From Octopus vulgaris (taxonomy: Eukaryota), in the NCBI GenBank assembly GCA_951406725.2, contig OX597831.1, positions 40,424,001 to 40,488,000 of the forward strand: a stretch of DNA of 64,000 nt, written 5' to 3'. This document shows, piece after piece, positions 13,471-26,551 of this stretch; position 1 is the first letter of the stretch; the number at the start of each line of letters is the position of its first letter. The position numbers and the translations under genes are program-made. The notes beneath the pieces were generated by a model. The model ran no database searches and was not told the origin of the DNA. It saw only the letters and a list, made by a program, of their open reading frames with translations.

Positions 13471-13666
13471 GTCGAGAATTCTTAGTGGCTTTAACAAATT
13501 CAGATTGCATTCAGAAACCTGTACAAGGGATTCCTTGGGAAGCCATAGATTTGGAGTGCCCGGATGAAGATCTGAAGAGTCGTGTTTTGAAGGAATTCTT
13601 AGTCATAGATGAAAAATACAACGACAAGTTCCAGAGTCTGAAAGACAGTAACAAGGACATTTTAAG
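13471..13666 (+). CDS. CCDC148: CCDC148-like exon
   Basis: ttttcag acceptor, GTAAGG donor. GIPWEAIDLECPDEDLKSRVLKEF resembles CCDC148 [24 protein letters not shown]. Phase 1 in, phase 2 out. Confidence 0.9.
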
Positions 13667-13704
13667 GTAAGGAAAAGGAGACGAAATTCGAGCGTATTGC
13701 ATGA

Positions 13705-13944
13705 ACTCTTAAAGTCAAAACTACCATAATAAACACATTGTACCGAACGCGAGGGGTTTTCGAGTGGTCGGTGCCACATTGCACCAGAGGCTGTGCGCTT
13801 ATCACATCCATCTAACCGTCCCCAGGTACGGCTAAAATTTGTGTGGACGTAGTATTGGGTCCCTAACTGGGGATCGCCACATGGCCACACATTCCCTCGC
13901 GTTTGGTACAATGTGTTTATTATGGTAGTTTTGACTTTAAGAGT
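13705..13944. mobile_element. MITE with 51-bp inverted termini
   Basis: 13705-13755 is nearly the perfect reverse complement of 13894-13944. The inner TTAA-AG...CT-TTAA resembles Kolobok/piggyBac target and termini. Confidence 0.75.
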
Positions 13945-14082
13945 CCCTCCTAGCGTGAGGCATTTATGTATAGTAATGCCCTAAATATAAATATATATAT
14001 TTAAAAGGAAAAGTTTTCCCTTATGAGGTTTTTCACGCTAACTACTTGATAATTTCTTATAAAGATTTTATCGTATTTTAAA

Positions 14083-14201
<119 letters not shown>

Positions 14202-14297
14202 ATATGTATATATAAATGTATATATGCGTGTGTGTGATATATATACACACATAAATATACATATATGTATATTAAATATATATCTATATCTATATCT

Positions 14298-14345
<48 letters not shown>

Positions 14346-14737
14346 GTGTGTGTATATATATGTACATACGTATGTAGACACATATATCTCTCCTTCTACA
14401 CCACCACCATGTTTTTCTTGCTCTGACTTTCCTTAACGTGACACAATAAGTGGTACGAACACACTATTTACAAACATCTACATACATAAATGCATGCATA
14501 CGCATACACACACACACACATATATATGTATATACACACACATATATATGTATGTATGCATGTATGTATGTATATATGTATGTATAATCGATGCTGGCAC
14601 ATGAAGGCTAAAACATCGTCATGTGATGAAGTTGCTATCGGAATACGCTACAGAACTCCAATTTCTTCAATCCTTAGGTACACTTATTCCTTATTCCTTT
14701 TTGGCTCAGATTCTTTACGTGTATTTTTTCGTTGTAG

Positions 14738-14885
14738 GCATGGCGAATACGGCGGCTGGAGTGAAGATGATCATCGAGAGTTCGTATCAATCCTGGAGCA
14801 GTATAGTTCCGATAATCCGCAAAAGTCATGGCTGGTCTTTGACCGACTCATGAAACAAATGCCACAAATATCCAGAAAAGAATTG
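14738..14885 (+). CDS. CCDC148: CCDC148-like exon
   Basis: ttgtag acceptor, GTTAAT donor. HGEYGGWSEDDHREFVSILEQY...FDRLMKQMPQISRKEL resembles SEEDHWIYQAILDQY...LDMLQRYFPHKSRHDL. Phase 2 in, phase 0 out. Confidence 0.88.
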
Positions 14886-15006
14886 GTTAATATCGTCACA
14901 GATTTGTTGTTATTTTTGTTGTTTCTGTCATACATACATACATACATACATACATACAAACATACATACATACATACATACATACATACATACATACATA
15001 CATACA

Positions 15007-15038
<32 letters not shown>

Positions 15039-15095
15039 CACATACATACATACATACAAGCATACATACATACATGCATACATACGTGTTTTGTT

Positions 15096-15397
15096 GTTTG
15101 TTCCTTCTCGAACCACGCCTGGCTCATTAGGGCCGGTTTCCCGGCTTCCTTGGCGTACAGGTTCTCCACCTGGACGGGACGCCGGTCCGTCGCAGGTGAG
15201 CTGCAGGATGCAGGAGGAAAGAGTGAGAGAAAGTTGTGGTGAAAGAGTCAGCAGAAGTTCGCCATTACCTTCTTTCGGAACTGCGTGGAGCTTAGGTGTG
15301 TCGCTCATAAACACACACATCACCCAGTCTGGGATTCGAACCCGTGATCCCTCGACCGCGGGTCCGCTGCTCTAACCACTAGGCCGTGTGCCCCCAC
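15096..15397 (-). mobile_element. SINE family A variant
   Basis: Reverse complement of 4770-5056. Confidence 0.75.
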
Positions 15398-15940
15398 ACG
15401 TACACACATACATACGTCGTATTCGGTCCCTTGTTTGCTTTCACGCTATTTCCGAATGGCTTCTCGTCGCTGACGCCAGCAGAGGGGAACAATATTAACG
15501 TTAAGGGCGCGAAATCGTTGTGATCCTTTGGACGATAACTGACGAGGATTTAGCGATATTCTATGTGTGTATATTTCGGTTATTCTGTTTGTTTGTACTT
15601 CTACATAACTTTTGTTCATACATACATGCATATATACACATGCAAGCGCGTGTGCCCCCCCCCCCATCTACTTGTTCCCTCGCCAGTCTTTGTCTTTGTT
15701 TTCTGTTCATTCGAATCATATAGATGAAACCTGGCAACTACCTTAATCATCCAACAGCAGAATACTTTTAATTTAAATCCTTTTTCATCAGTAAGAAGAA
15801 AAAAAAAATTAAATTGTCTTAATGTTTCGCTCAAGGTTTGTGTTCTTTTTTTCATTTTAAGATTAAGTATACACACACAAAACACACAAACACACATATA
15901 TACATAAGCATATTTATATATATACTTATATATATGTATA

Positions 15941-15978
<38 letters not shown>

Positions 15979-16056
15979 GAATATATATATATCTAAATTC
16001 ATATATATAACATATATATAAAATATATATATCTAATTAGAGGTTAAAATATACTT

Positions 16057-16099
<43 letters not shown>

Positions 16100-16142
16100 A
16101 ATAAGAAAATGGAGGAACAGATTCCTTTCAATCATCTCACTT

Positions 16143-16187
<45 letters not shown>

Positions 16188-16267
16188 ATGTGTGTGTGTG
16201 TGTGTATACATATATATATATTCATATATACATATTTACGTAAATACATGCATATACTCCAACAAAA

Positions 16268-16312
<45 letters not shown>

Positions 16313-16327
16313 GAGCTATAGATATAA

Positions 16328-16376
<49 letters not shown>

Positions 16377-16809
16377 TACACATGTATGTATATGTATGTA
16401 CATATATATATATGTATGTATATGTATATACGTAGGTGTCTGTATATATATATATGAATATATATATATGTAGTCATATACACGCAGCGCATTATCAATA
16501 GCAACGAAGCTTTCGTTTGAGTGTAGTTGGGCGACTTAATGTCTTAATGTTAAAAAAAAATGCACCTTTCTCTTTGTTTTGCTTTCTTTTTCTGATCGTA
16601 AAATATGAACGAGAATTTGCAAAAGGAAACCTCGAAACTGCCTTAATCACCCAATAGCAAAATACTTCAATTTAAATCCATTCGGTTTTGTAAAAAAAGA
16701 AATTAAAAAGGTCTTTTAATGTCTCTCTCACTCTCTAAGCTGCTCGGTTAACATATATGTGTTTTAATGTTAGGTATGAATTAATGATTATTTTAATATT
16801 TTCTTATAG

Positions 16810-17016
16810 ATCCAGCATCAGAAATGGTGGATTTGCTGGCGTTTTTACCGCAACCACCGCAGCAATCTCTTTAGAGCGTGGCATCGGTTAAGGACTGAGC
16901 TATTCCAAAAGACATGCATCATATTTGCCGAAGTTTGTCTCACTTACGCACTGGACGAAACCCAGATGAAAAATAAACAAGCTCAAAGTGAGCTCTGTGA
17001 TCAACTGTATGAGAAA
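16810..17016 (+). CDS. CCDC148: CCDC148-like exon (missed by ORF track)
   Basis: ttatag acceptor, GTTAGT donor. 207 nt open: IQHQKWWICWRFYRNHRSNLFRAW...FAEVC...QSELCDQLYEK, resembling VEHEKYCDQYRF...LTEAC...QQELCADLKAK. Confidence 0.88.
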
Positions 17017-17259
17017 GTTAGTTAAACTTATGTAATCTCTCTCTCTCATTTTCTCTCAGTTTCCCTTTCTCTCTCTCTCTCTCTCTCATTCTCTCTCCGA
17101 GCGGCCCACTATTAAAAGGTCCAGTACTCCGTTAGAGTACGATAACATTTCTGAATCTCTTCAGACACCATTCAGAATACACAGTACTCTGTCGTGTTAT
17201 TACTATCATAATTTTTGCACCAAATAATCTGATGTGTCTTGGAACACCTTCTAACTAAA

Positions 17260-17801
17260 TACGAGTTCTGATCAAAAGGTATCAGGACTGTTGCTATGGT
17301 AACGGAACTAAAATATACGCAGATCGCGGTCGCTCGGCAGAGACTGATCTTGAACTCTGTGACGCATTCACACCAAGTTATAACGTTATCGCTGACTTCC
17401 GCTTCCGTTGTTTATAAGCAGTGCTTGGAAGTAAAATGTGTAGAGTGACTGTGTCGAGAAAGACAAAAAGACTTTTTGAAAACAGTTATTACAGGTGACG
17501 ACGCCTCATGGGTCTATGGCTATGACCCCGAAACCAAGACAATAATCAAATCCCGCTTGAAAGGAACAAGATTTCAAGACTACGAAGAAATCCAAGAGAA
17601 TGTGACGAGATAGTTTGCTCGCTACGCTCCAAAAGAAGTCCCAGGAATGCTTCCGTCAATGGAAACGACGCTGAATAAAGTCTGTGACTTCAGAAGGGGA
17701 CTACTTCAAAGGGGGTTAAATGCCAAATTGATATATGTTGTAGGAACTTTTCTGTTTTTTTTTATACCACCAGTCCCGACACTTCTTGAACAGACCTTGT
17801 A
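17260..17801 (+). mobile_element. Internally deleted mariner
   Basis: Imperfect ~30-bp TIRs with TA ends. Internal VITGDDASWVYGYDPETK motif. Confidence 0.75.
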
Positions 17802-17841
17802 TGTTACGAAACGTGTATGTATTCAAGCATTTATGTATGTA

Positions 17842-18407
17842 TTGGGTTGTCCGGAAAGTTCATGCCGATTTATAGTAGCTTACCTTTCGACTTATTTTAG
17901 AACATGGTTGAGTCCATAAAATAGGATTTGACTACACCTCCATTTAGAGCACAGTTTAAGCTATCTTTTCGTTGAAGAAGGTTTATGTTCCTATAACCTG
18001 TGTTAATTCTGTAACCCTTTAAAATGGAAGATAAGAAAGTTAATTTTCGGCACTTGATGCTTTGGGAACTAGACAAAAATTGCTGCAGCTCGGCTGGGAT
18101 GTGTTACCCCACCCTCCATATTCACCAGATACTGCTCCTTCGGATTTCTACTTATTCAGGTCTCTGCAGAATAGTCTTAATGGTAAAAATTCCAATTCTT
18201 TGGATGACGTAAAAAGATACCCTGATGAATTCTTTGCCATGAAACCACCTCAATTCCGAGAAGAGAGTATTTTCAAGTTAAAGGAAAGGTGGAGACGCAT
18301 TGTGCAACAAAATGGTTCATATTTGGTTGATTAAAAATGTAATGGCAAGTATTTATTGACCTTTTTCTTTCCTTTAAAGATCGGCACAAACTTTCCGGAC
18401 AACCCAA
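17842..18407 (+). mobile_element. Internally deleted mariner with intact TIRs
   Basis: TA-ttgggttgtccggaaagtt...aactttccggacaacccaa-TA. The N-terminus MEDKKVNFRHLML is fused to WDVLPHPPYSPDTAPSDFYLF. Confidence 0.9.
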
Positions 18408-18417
18408 TATATATGTA

Positions 18418-18629
18418 CAGAGTGGCCCAAAAGTAGTTTACAGTTATCACGTAGGCATTTTATATTTCTTTTAAAACATTTTATAGCATTTAAATTTCTA
18501 TCTTACAATATAACTAAATTAGCATAGAATAATGGTTTCATATTTATTTATAATTAAGATCAAAACTGCTAATATATGAATGCGAAAGAGATAGTTGAAT
18601 AACTGTAAACCTACGTTTGGGCCACCCTG
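18418..18629. mobile_element. Tc1/mariner-type MITE
   Basis: TA-cagagtggcccaaaagtagtttacagttat...ataactgtaaacctacgtttgggccaccctg-TA. Confidence 0.8.
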
Positions 18630-18762
18630 TATATTGTCTTGGGTTTGACTTCAAATTACATCCGGTAATGGGGACTTGGTCCCTGAGTTCCAGGGTTTGG
18701 GGAAATGTGGAGGGGAGGAACCACCTCGAATCCACTATAACACCCAAGTTCCCTCTGATCCA

Positions 18763-18901
<139 letters not shown>

Positions 18902-19238
18902 CGTTTGGGGTCCCAGTGGTGGGGGTGGCGATAAAACATGTCACGGAACTGCATCCGAAAGAAAGTTACGCACAGACTCTCCAACGGACCTAGGGATGAT
19001 GCGCCCCATCAGCTGCTTTATCTGCATATCCCCCGGATCTCCGTCGGGTACGACTACAAGTGTTCCAGTTAGATCGATCAACGGAACAGCCTGCTCAGGA
19101 AATTGAAGTGCAAGTGGGTGAGTACTCCACAGACACGTATACACTTAAGGTAGTAGCTCTCATGGACTCGTCAACCGACTCTCGTAAGTATATTTATCAT
19201 ATTTTAACACTTGATTTCACATTTTTTGTTTTGTTTAG

Positions 19239-19379
19239 GTAACATCTTGGCGTGAGAATAAATACGAGCAGATGTTGCTGGAGATGAAATTGCTGGAGAA
19301 GAAATCTGAGGAAATGGCAAGGAATGAACGGCAGAGAATGGAGATGATGAAACAAAAGAGAGACCAAACCAAGCAGGAG
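19239..19379 (+). CDS. CCDC148: CCDC148-like exon
   Basis: tttag acceptor, GTAATT donor. VTSWRENKYEQMLLEMKLLEKKSEEMARNERQRMEMMKQKRDQTKQE resembles VRQWRAHQEEVARLEME. Phase 0/0. Confidence 0.85.
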
Positions 19380-19665
19380 GTAATTCCAGAAAGAAGGAGA
19401 GAAAGGAGAAAGGAAGGCCACGCGCACACTGTCGTTCATTGCAGTTCTTTTCTCTTTTATCTCTTACTTGTTTCAGACATTGGGATGTGGCCATGCTGGG
19501 GCACCGCGTTGAAGGGTTTAGCCGAACAATCGACATCAGAGATTAATTTATTTAAACCCTTCTATTTGTTTCTGTTGCCAAACTTCTAAATTACAGGGAC
19601 ATGATCAAACCAACAGCAGTCATAAAGCATTGGAAGGGAAAAACACGAAGACATACATAACGCCA

Positions 19666-19702
<37 letters not shown>

Positions 19703-19758
19703 ATACACACACACACATATATATATACATACATATATATATATATATATGTATATAC

Positions 19759-19811
<53 letters not shown>

Positions 19812-19823
19812 TATGTATATATG

Positions 19824-19885
<62 letters not shown>

Positions 19886-19904
19886 TATGTATATATGTAT
19901 ATAC

Positions 19905-19937
<33 letters not shown>

Positions 19938-19940
19938 TTT

Positions 19941-19974
<34 letters not shown>

Positions 19975-19994
19975 TAGGTACACATATGTATATA

Positions 19995-21260
19995 TTGGGT
20001 TGGCAACTAAGTTCCCGACGTGTTTTTCAATTTTGAAATCTATTGCATTTTTAAATTTTGGATTCTATTTTTGAATTATTTTAGAATCTTTTTTTTTTCT
20101 TGTTAATATTAGTTAATTCTTGTTAATTTTCAGATCATTAAAATGGAATGTCAAGTTAAGAAAAATGAGCGTTTTTGACACCTCCTTCTTTTTGCTTTTA
20201 GTCAAGGTTCTAAGACCGCAAAAGCTTCTCGCGACATTTGTGCTGTGTATGGAGAGGGTGCCATAACTGAAAGAATCGCTCGTGATTGGTATGCCAAGTT
20301 CAAAAACGGAATTTTTTACCTCAAAGACGCACCTCGTTCTGGCCGTCCAGTTGAGTTCGATGAAGAGCGATTAAACCAACTTTTGCACGAAAGTTCTCGT
20401 CTAACGACAAGGGAACTGGCAGAGAAAATGAAATGCTCCCGCACTGCTATAGAGAAGCATCTTCACTCGATGGGAAAGTTTCAGAAGTATGGAGCATAAG
20501 TTCCGCATGCTTTAAGTGAAGTGATAACAACAAAAATCAACGAGCCACAATCTCCGCTGGTTTGCTTGCTCGTCATCGTTCAACTCATGGACACAAGCAA
20601 CGATTTCTTTACCTAATCGTTACTGGCGACGGAAAATGGTGCCTGTACATCAATATGAAGCAGCGTAAGGAATAGCTCAACCACGGTAAACAAGCGACAC
20701 CGCGCGTAAAACAGGATCTTCATCCGCGAAAAACGATGTTGAGCGTATGGTGGGATTGGGAAGGGATTATCCATTACGAATTGCTTGAACAAAACCAAAC
20801 GGTCAACATGGAACTCTATGTTCAACAGATGGAACGACTCAACACGGCTATTCAAGAGAAAAGACCTAATCGGCAGCATGGAGTTCTGCTGCACGACAAT
20901 GCCCGCCCTCACATCGCCAATATGACCAAGGAAGCCATTCAAACGCATGGCTGGGAAGTGCTGCCACACCCGCCGTACTCTCCTGATTTGGCACCAACGG
21001 ATTTCCACCTCTTTCGATCTCTTTCAAATGCTATGCGCGGAGTTTCGTTCAATACTTATGCAGAATTGAGAGCGTGGTTGGATCAATTTTTCGAGTCGAA
21101 ATCGAGTGATTTCTACCAACGAGGTATTAAAAATCTTGTTGAACGTTGGGAAGAAGTTGTAAACAACAAGGGAGAATACATTAATTTGTTGTTATTTTTT
21201 ATTGAACTTTTTTAAAAATTTTAATTTAAAAAAACAGCAGGAACTTAGTTGCCAGTCCAA
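19995..21260 (+). mobile_element. Full-length (1.27 kb) DD34D mariner, transposase disrupted
   Basis: TIRs ttgggttggcaactaagttcc / ggaacttagttgccagtccaa with TA ends. Motifs PRSGRP, VTGDGKW, HDNARPH-34-YSPDLAPTD. In-frame stops and frameshifts. Confidence 0.92.
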
Positions 21261-23219
21261 TACATACATACATACTCATACAGACACAACGCACGCGCAG
21301 GCACTCACATTTATGTATAGGACAGACTTGTTTCAGTTTCCGACCGACAACCAAATCCACTCACACTGCTTTTGTCAGCCTGAGGCTATGGTAGAAAACA
21401 CATGCCGAAGGTGTCGCGTAGTGGGACTGAACTCGGAACCATGTAGCTGGGAAGAGAAATTATTACTACCCAAAACGTTGAACCTCACGTTCATATAGAA
21501 TAAAACTATGATTAAAATCAAAGTCGTTAAAGCAGAATGTAATAGTGATACGCAGTGATTAAGAGGTCTATGGTGCCACCCTTCTCGTTAACCATTTGAA
21601 AACTATAGTGTTATTTAAATTATCAAACGATTAATATTGCTGTCACTAATTTAAAGTTCTACCTTGCAATTTTGTTTTATGTCTACGCGACAACCCACAA
21701 TTTAGATTTCAAACGACATTAATAAACCATCGTCACAGCTTGCAAGTTCCGAGAAGTGTAAACTGTTATATTTACACAACATTGTATAGAAGAAGATACG
21801 GAGAGAGATATTAGGACAATGGTCCTGTTGGGTAAGGGTATCTTATTTTGTGATAAGTTCTTGACGCTGGGATTCAATGCAAAGGAAAATGACTGTATAT
21901 ATGCATGTATATCTATGTATATATGTGTGTGTGTATATACGTATATATTTGTGTGTGTGTGTGTGTGTGTGTGTCTGTGTGTATATGTATTCTAGAATGA
22001 GTATAGATATAATATAAAGAACATATATATGTATGTATAAACACGCACAACCCATATATATATATATATATATATATCTATATATATGAGAAGAATGATT
22101 TTCTTATGTTAAAAAGGATTAATTATATAAGAAAATCTTAAGAAACAGAATGACGCAAACATTTTGGAAGGTAGATTTCATGATGTGTTTTAGCGCTTTT
22201 CACTATTTTCAGGTTTTCAAAAACACGTATCATAAAATAATCCGTAAAGGTTTGTTTTTAGTAGCGGTTATCTTGAATAGTCCTGATTTATTTCGGATTT
22301 AAAATTCTTACAAAATATTCTTTTTCTTTTCGCAGTTGATATTTTTCTTGCTTCATTTTAAAAATTGGGGATATTTTGAGTTTTCTATTTATGTTTAAGA
22401 TGAAACATTAGTAAAAGATGAATCGATTTTGTTGCTTATGTATCCTAACCCAATGTAGTAATTTTTATCCCGTTTGGCCAATATAATTCTCATTGCATGG
22501 TAGACATGTGATGAAGTAAATGAGATAATATCTGAAGAAATAATGCAGGGGACAAAATGTGGAAACCTTCGTCATGGGATATGTATGAATCATCTGAACT
22601 AGGCAAATCCCCAAATATCTAGATCGAGAAGGAATTAGAAAATAAAATTTTAAAAACTATTCTAAATCTGAAACTGGACCGGAAATCATCAGCTTTACAC
22701 AGATTACCTTAGAGCACCTGTGTTTGGAAAGTTAAAATCAGCGAAAAGCGCCTAACACAGTACAACATTTTTCTTCCAAAATATCTGAGTCGTTATGAGT
22801 TTTCTCTTAAGAATTTTTGATGTACTGTGGCACAAAAAAAAGTAGCCCAGGTTCCGTAGCCTTATGTAAATACAGAGTATGCTTAACAGAAGCCGTTCTA
22901 ACAAACGCTTCCACAATCTCTTCACTTTCCGCTATTGTGTTCGTCATCTCGCAAAATGTTCACTCAGTGTAATCTTACTGTCAAGTAATGTGGTAATGAT
23001 GCGGTGAGTATAATATGACAAAGAGCTGACAAGTGTGTCATCGCTGTCCAGCAATTACAAGTAATCGAGATAACAGAAATGACACTTGCAAACGAATGGC
23101 TGAGTGCTTTTTCGTGTGTATAAGTTTATTTCTGTATTTACATTATCCTGCGGGAACACAGGCTGCATTTCGTGCACCACGCTGTATAATTAAAGACTTC
23201 TAACTAAAGAAACTCGACC

Positions 23220-23415
23220 GCGTGTGTACCGTTGGCGATTTTTTTCCTCCGTCTTCCCTTCTTTGGATCTTTCTTTTTCCTATGTTTCTGACGAAGAGCT
23301 CCGCTCGAAACGTTAAACCCTCCTTCTTTCCTTCCTTCCTGAGCGTACAATAATACTATATTTGTTCCACGTCCTCACGTTGTGTTTCTCTTTGTGTTTG
23401 CATGTTTGGATTAAC
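23220..23415 (+). mobile_element. Penelope-like 3' end containing a minimal hammerhead motif (23284-23318)
   Basis: gttt-CTGACGA-agagctccgctc-GAAACGTTA-aac. Ends at (TA)n just before an exon. Confidence 0.65.
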
Positions 23416-23437
23416 TATATATATATATATACCTCAG

Positions 23438-23556
23438 ATAAAACAATACAAAGACCAGAAGTTAGCAGAGCAGCAACAAGAAGAAGAGAACTGCAGACGA
23501 CGTCTTGCAGAGATCCAAGAGGAATTAGAAGAACAAAACAAACGAAACTGGAAGCG
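23438..23556 (+). CDS. CCDC148: CCDC148-like exon
   Basis: cctcag acceptor, GTAAGT donor. IKQYKDQKLAEQQQEEENCRRRLAEIQEELEEQNKRNWKR coiled coil. Phase 0 in, phase 2 out. Confidence 0.85.
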
Positions 23557-23689
23557 GTAAGTTTTTTTTTTTATAAAATGACTTTAGTAATATAAGAAAA
23601 TAATGATCACCTACTCCTGGGAGAATTAAAACAAAAGTTAGATATGGTGAGAATCGATCTTAGCTATTTAAAAATTCGTAATTAAATAA

Positions 23690-24500
23690 TATTTTCTACT
23701 CTAGGCACAAGGCGCGAAATTTTAGGGGAGGGGGCATTCGATTAAATCGATCCCAGTACGCAACTGGTACTTAATATATCAACACCGAACGGATGAAAGG
23801 CAAAGTCGACCGTGCCAGAATTTGAACACATAATATAAAGTATCGAAATACCGCTAAGCATTTCACCCGGCGTGCTAACGTTTCTTATCTCTTTACTGCC
23901 CACAACGAGCCACACACAGAGGGGACAAACAAGGACAGACAAAGGGATTAAGTCGATTAGATCGACCCCAGTGCGTAACTGGTACTTAATTTATCGACTC
24001 CGAAAGGATGAAACGGGAAGTCGACCTCGGCGGAATTTGAACTCAGAACATAAAGACAGAAGAAATACTGCTAAGCATTTCGCCCGGCGTGATAACGTTT
24101 CTGCCAGCTCACTGCCTTTCTAACGAAAATAATAATGCTTTCAAATGTTTGGCACGAGGCTAGCAAGTGCGGGGGTGCGGAGGTAAGTCGATTACATTAA
24201 CCCCAGTACTTGAGTGATACTTATTTTATCGACTCTGAAAAGATGAAAGGCATAGTCGACCACAGCGGAATTTGAACTCGTAACAAAAGACGGTCGAAAT
24301 GCTGATTAGCATTTTGCCCAGCGTATTAACGATTCTGCTAGCTCGCCGTCTTAATTATAATTAAAATAGTTTCAAACTTTGGCACAAATCCAGCAATTGT
24401 TTTAGTGCAGGGTTGGGCTAGTCAATTACATCGGTCCAAGTTGGTACTTTATTTTATCGACCCTTAAAGGATGAAAAGCAAAAATTGATCTTATCAGGAT
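23690..24500 (-). mobile_element. Cluster of SINE family B copies
   Basis: Four degenerate repeats of the gaaaggcaaagtcgacc...gaatttgaactc...ctgccagctc motif. Confidence 0.75.
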
Positions 24501-24573
24501 ATTGACTCAAAATGCAACGAGCCAGAAGAAATGCCATTGAGCATTTTGTTCGACACACTACCGATTCTCTCAG

Positions 24574-24698
<125 letters not shown>

Positions 24699-24861
24699 AA
24701 TGATAATAATAATAATAATAATAATAAATGCCCTGATGCAGTACCAGGCAGTGGCTCTCGTATTCGGGCAAGATATTCTGCCATTTGAAAATTTCTCGCC
24801 TTCAGGCTGACAACCTCTCGACAGGCGCGCTTCCAGAATAACCATTGGACAAGCGATTCGG

Positions 24862-24917
<56 letters not shown>

Positions 24918-24922
<5 letters not shown>

Positions 24923-25273
24923 TCCGCTTTAGCGAAGACGGAGGTATTGTTTTCAGTCGTGTTTGTTTGTTTGGCCATGGACGAGATATCTCAAGAACCG
25001 CTGGATGGATTCGGATGAAATTTTCAGGGATGTTTGGCCTTGTGACTGGCACGGACTGATTAGACTTTGGAATCAATCCGGTACCGGACAAGGATTCTGG
25101 ATTATTTTTCCGTTAATTTTTGAGAGCGGTCGGGTTCATTTTTAGTATTTTCGTTTGTGAGAGCAGTCGAGTTTATTTCAGATATTCTCATTTTAAAAAT
25201 TATCTCCGGCTAATCTTTGAGAGGAAGTTGGTATTGACTTGGCGGAGGTTTGCGCTCTCTGAGTGCTCTTGTT
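24918..25273 (+). mobile_element. Helentron-type non-autonomous element (HINE/DINE-like)
   Basis: Subterminal inverted repeats cctccgc / gcggagg, a 5' palindrome, a 3' hairpin gcgctc-tct-gagtgc and T-rich flanks. Confidence 0.65.
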
Positions 25274-25284
25274 GTTTGTTGTTG

Positions 25285-25322
<38 letters not shown>

Positions 25323-25424
25323 GTTGTTGTTGTTGTTGTTGTTGTTATTATTATTATTATCATTTTCCTTCTTTCTTCAAATTTTCTTCCGTTTCTCGCC
25401 GAGTGTTTACCGTACACCTAGGGT

Positions 25425-25659
25425 AGAGAAGCTCATTGTATGCATTCGCAGATTACACACGCAAATTCACAGATAAAATATGTATTTAAAAGAATAATAA
25501 ATAAATAAGTTCATGAATGGATGTTGTTTTCACAGCGATAATGCTCTTTTCAGCACAAAACATCCACTCATGAATTTATTTATTTATTAATTTTTTAAAT
25601 ACATATTTCATCTGTGAATTTGCGTGTGTAATCTGGGAAAGCATACAATGAGCTTTTCT
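25425..25659. repeat. ~100-bp-arm foldback / MITE-like inverted repeat
   Basis: agagaagctcattgtatgc...atggatgtt pairs with aacatccac...gcatacaatgagcttttct. Confidence 0.75.
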
Positions 25660-25772
25660 TCTTCTTCTTCTTCTTCTTCTTCTTCTTCTTCTTCTTCTTC
25701 TTCTTCTTCTTCTTCTTCTTCTTCTTCTTCTTCTTCTTCTTCTTCTTCATCTTATTATTATTATTATTATTA

Positions 25773-25864
<92 letters not shown>

Positions 25865-26109
25865 ATTATTTAAGCCAGCGAGCTGGCAGAATCGTTAGCA
25901 CGCTGCACTAAATGCTCAGCGGTATTTCGTCCGTCGCTGTGCTCTGATGTTCAAATACCACCGAGATCGACTTTGCTTCACGCTTTCAGGGTCGATAAAT
26001 TAAGTACAAGTGAAACTGGGGTCGATGTAATCAATTAGTCCCCTCCCCCAAACCCCCAAGTTTCAGGCATTGTGCCTATAATAGAAAGGATTATTATTAT
26101 TATTATCAT

Positions 26110-26452
26110 CATTCAGTAGTTTTATTTTTATAACGTGCTTTCACTTCACTACCGAACGCAGCTCTGTGTGCCTTGGGTATGTGCTGTGATTTGTTGTGAT
26201 GCCCTTATAGTTACTGTATTGAAAGTGTTCTGCGTAGGATGTGTGCAGTGCCTAGTAGTGCAATTTTCTGTATGTTATATGTGTTTGTAAGTCCTGTTTT
26301 TTTTTGTTATGTATTTGTCTGAATATTTTTTTTATCATGCCTAATGCACCTACTATGATAGGAATTGTTTCTGTTTTTAGATTCCACATTCTAGTTACCT
26401 CTATTTCCAGGTCTTTGTATTTTGAATGTTTCTCCATTTCTTTTAGAGACAC
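26110..26452 (-). mobile_element. Dong/R4-like RLE non-LTR retrotransposon 3' end in (TAA)n
   Basis: KEMEKHSKYKDLEIEVTRMWNLKTETIPIIVGALG. Related copy at 27555-28082. Confidence 0.8.
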
Positions 26453-26541
<89 letters not shown>

Positions 26542-26551
26542 TTATTATTAT

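Noticed and set aside
20736-21215. 159-aa ORF as a SETMAR-like host gene or active transposase
   Set aside because: It is only the catalytic half of a TIR-bounded mariner with upstream stops and frameshifts, and there is no SET domain.
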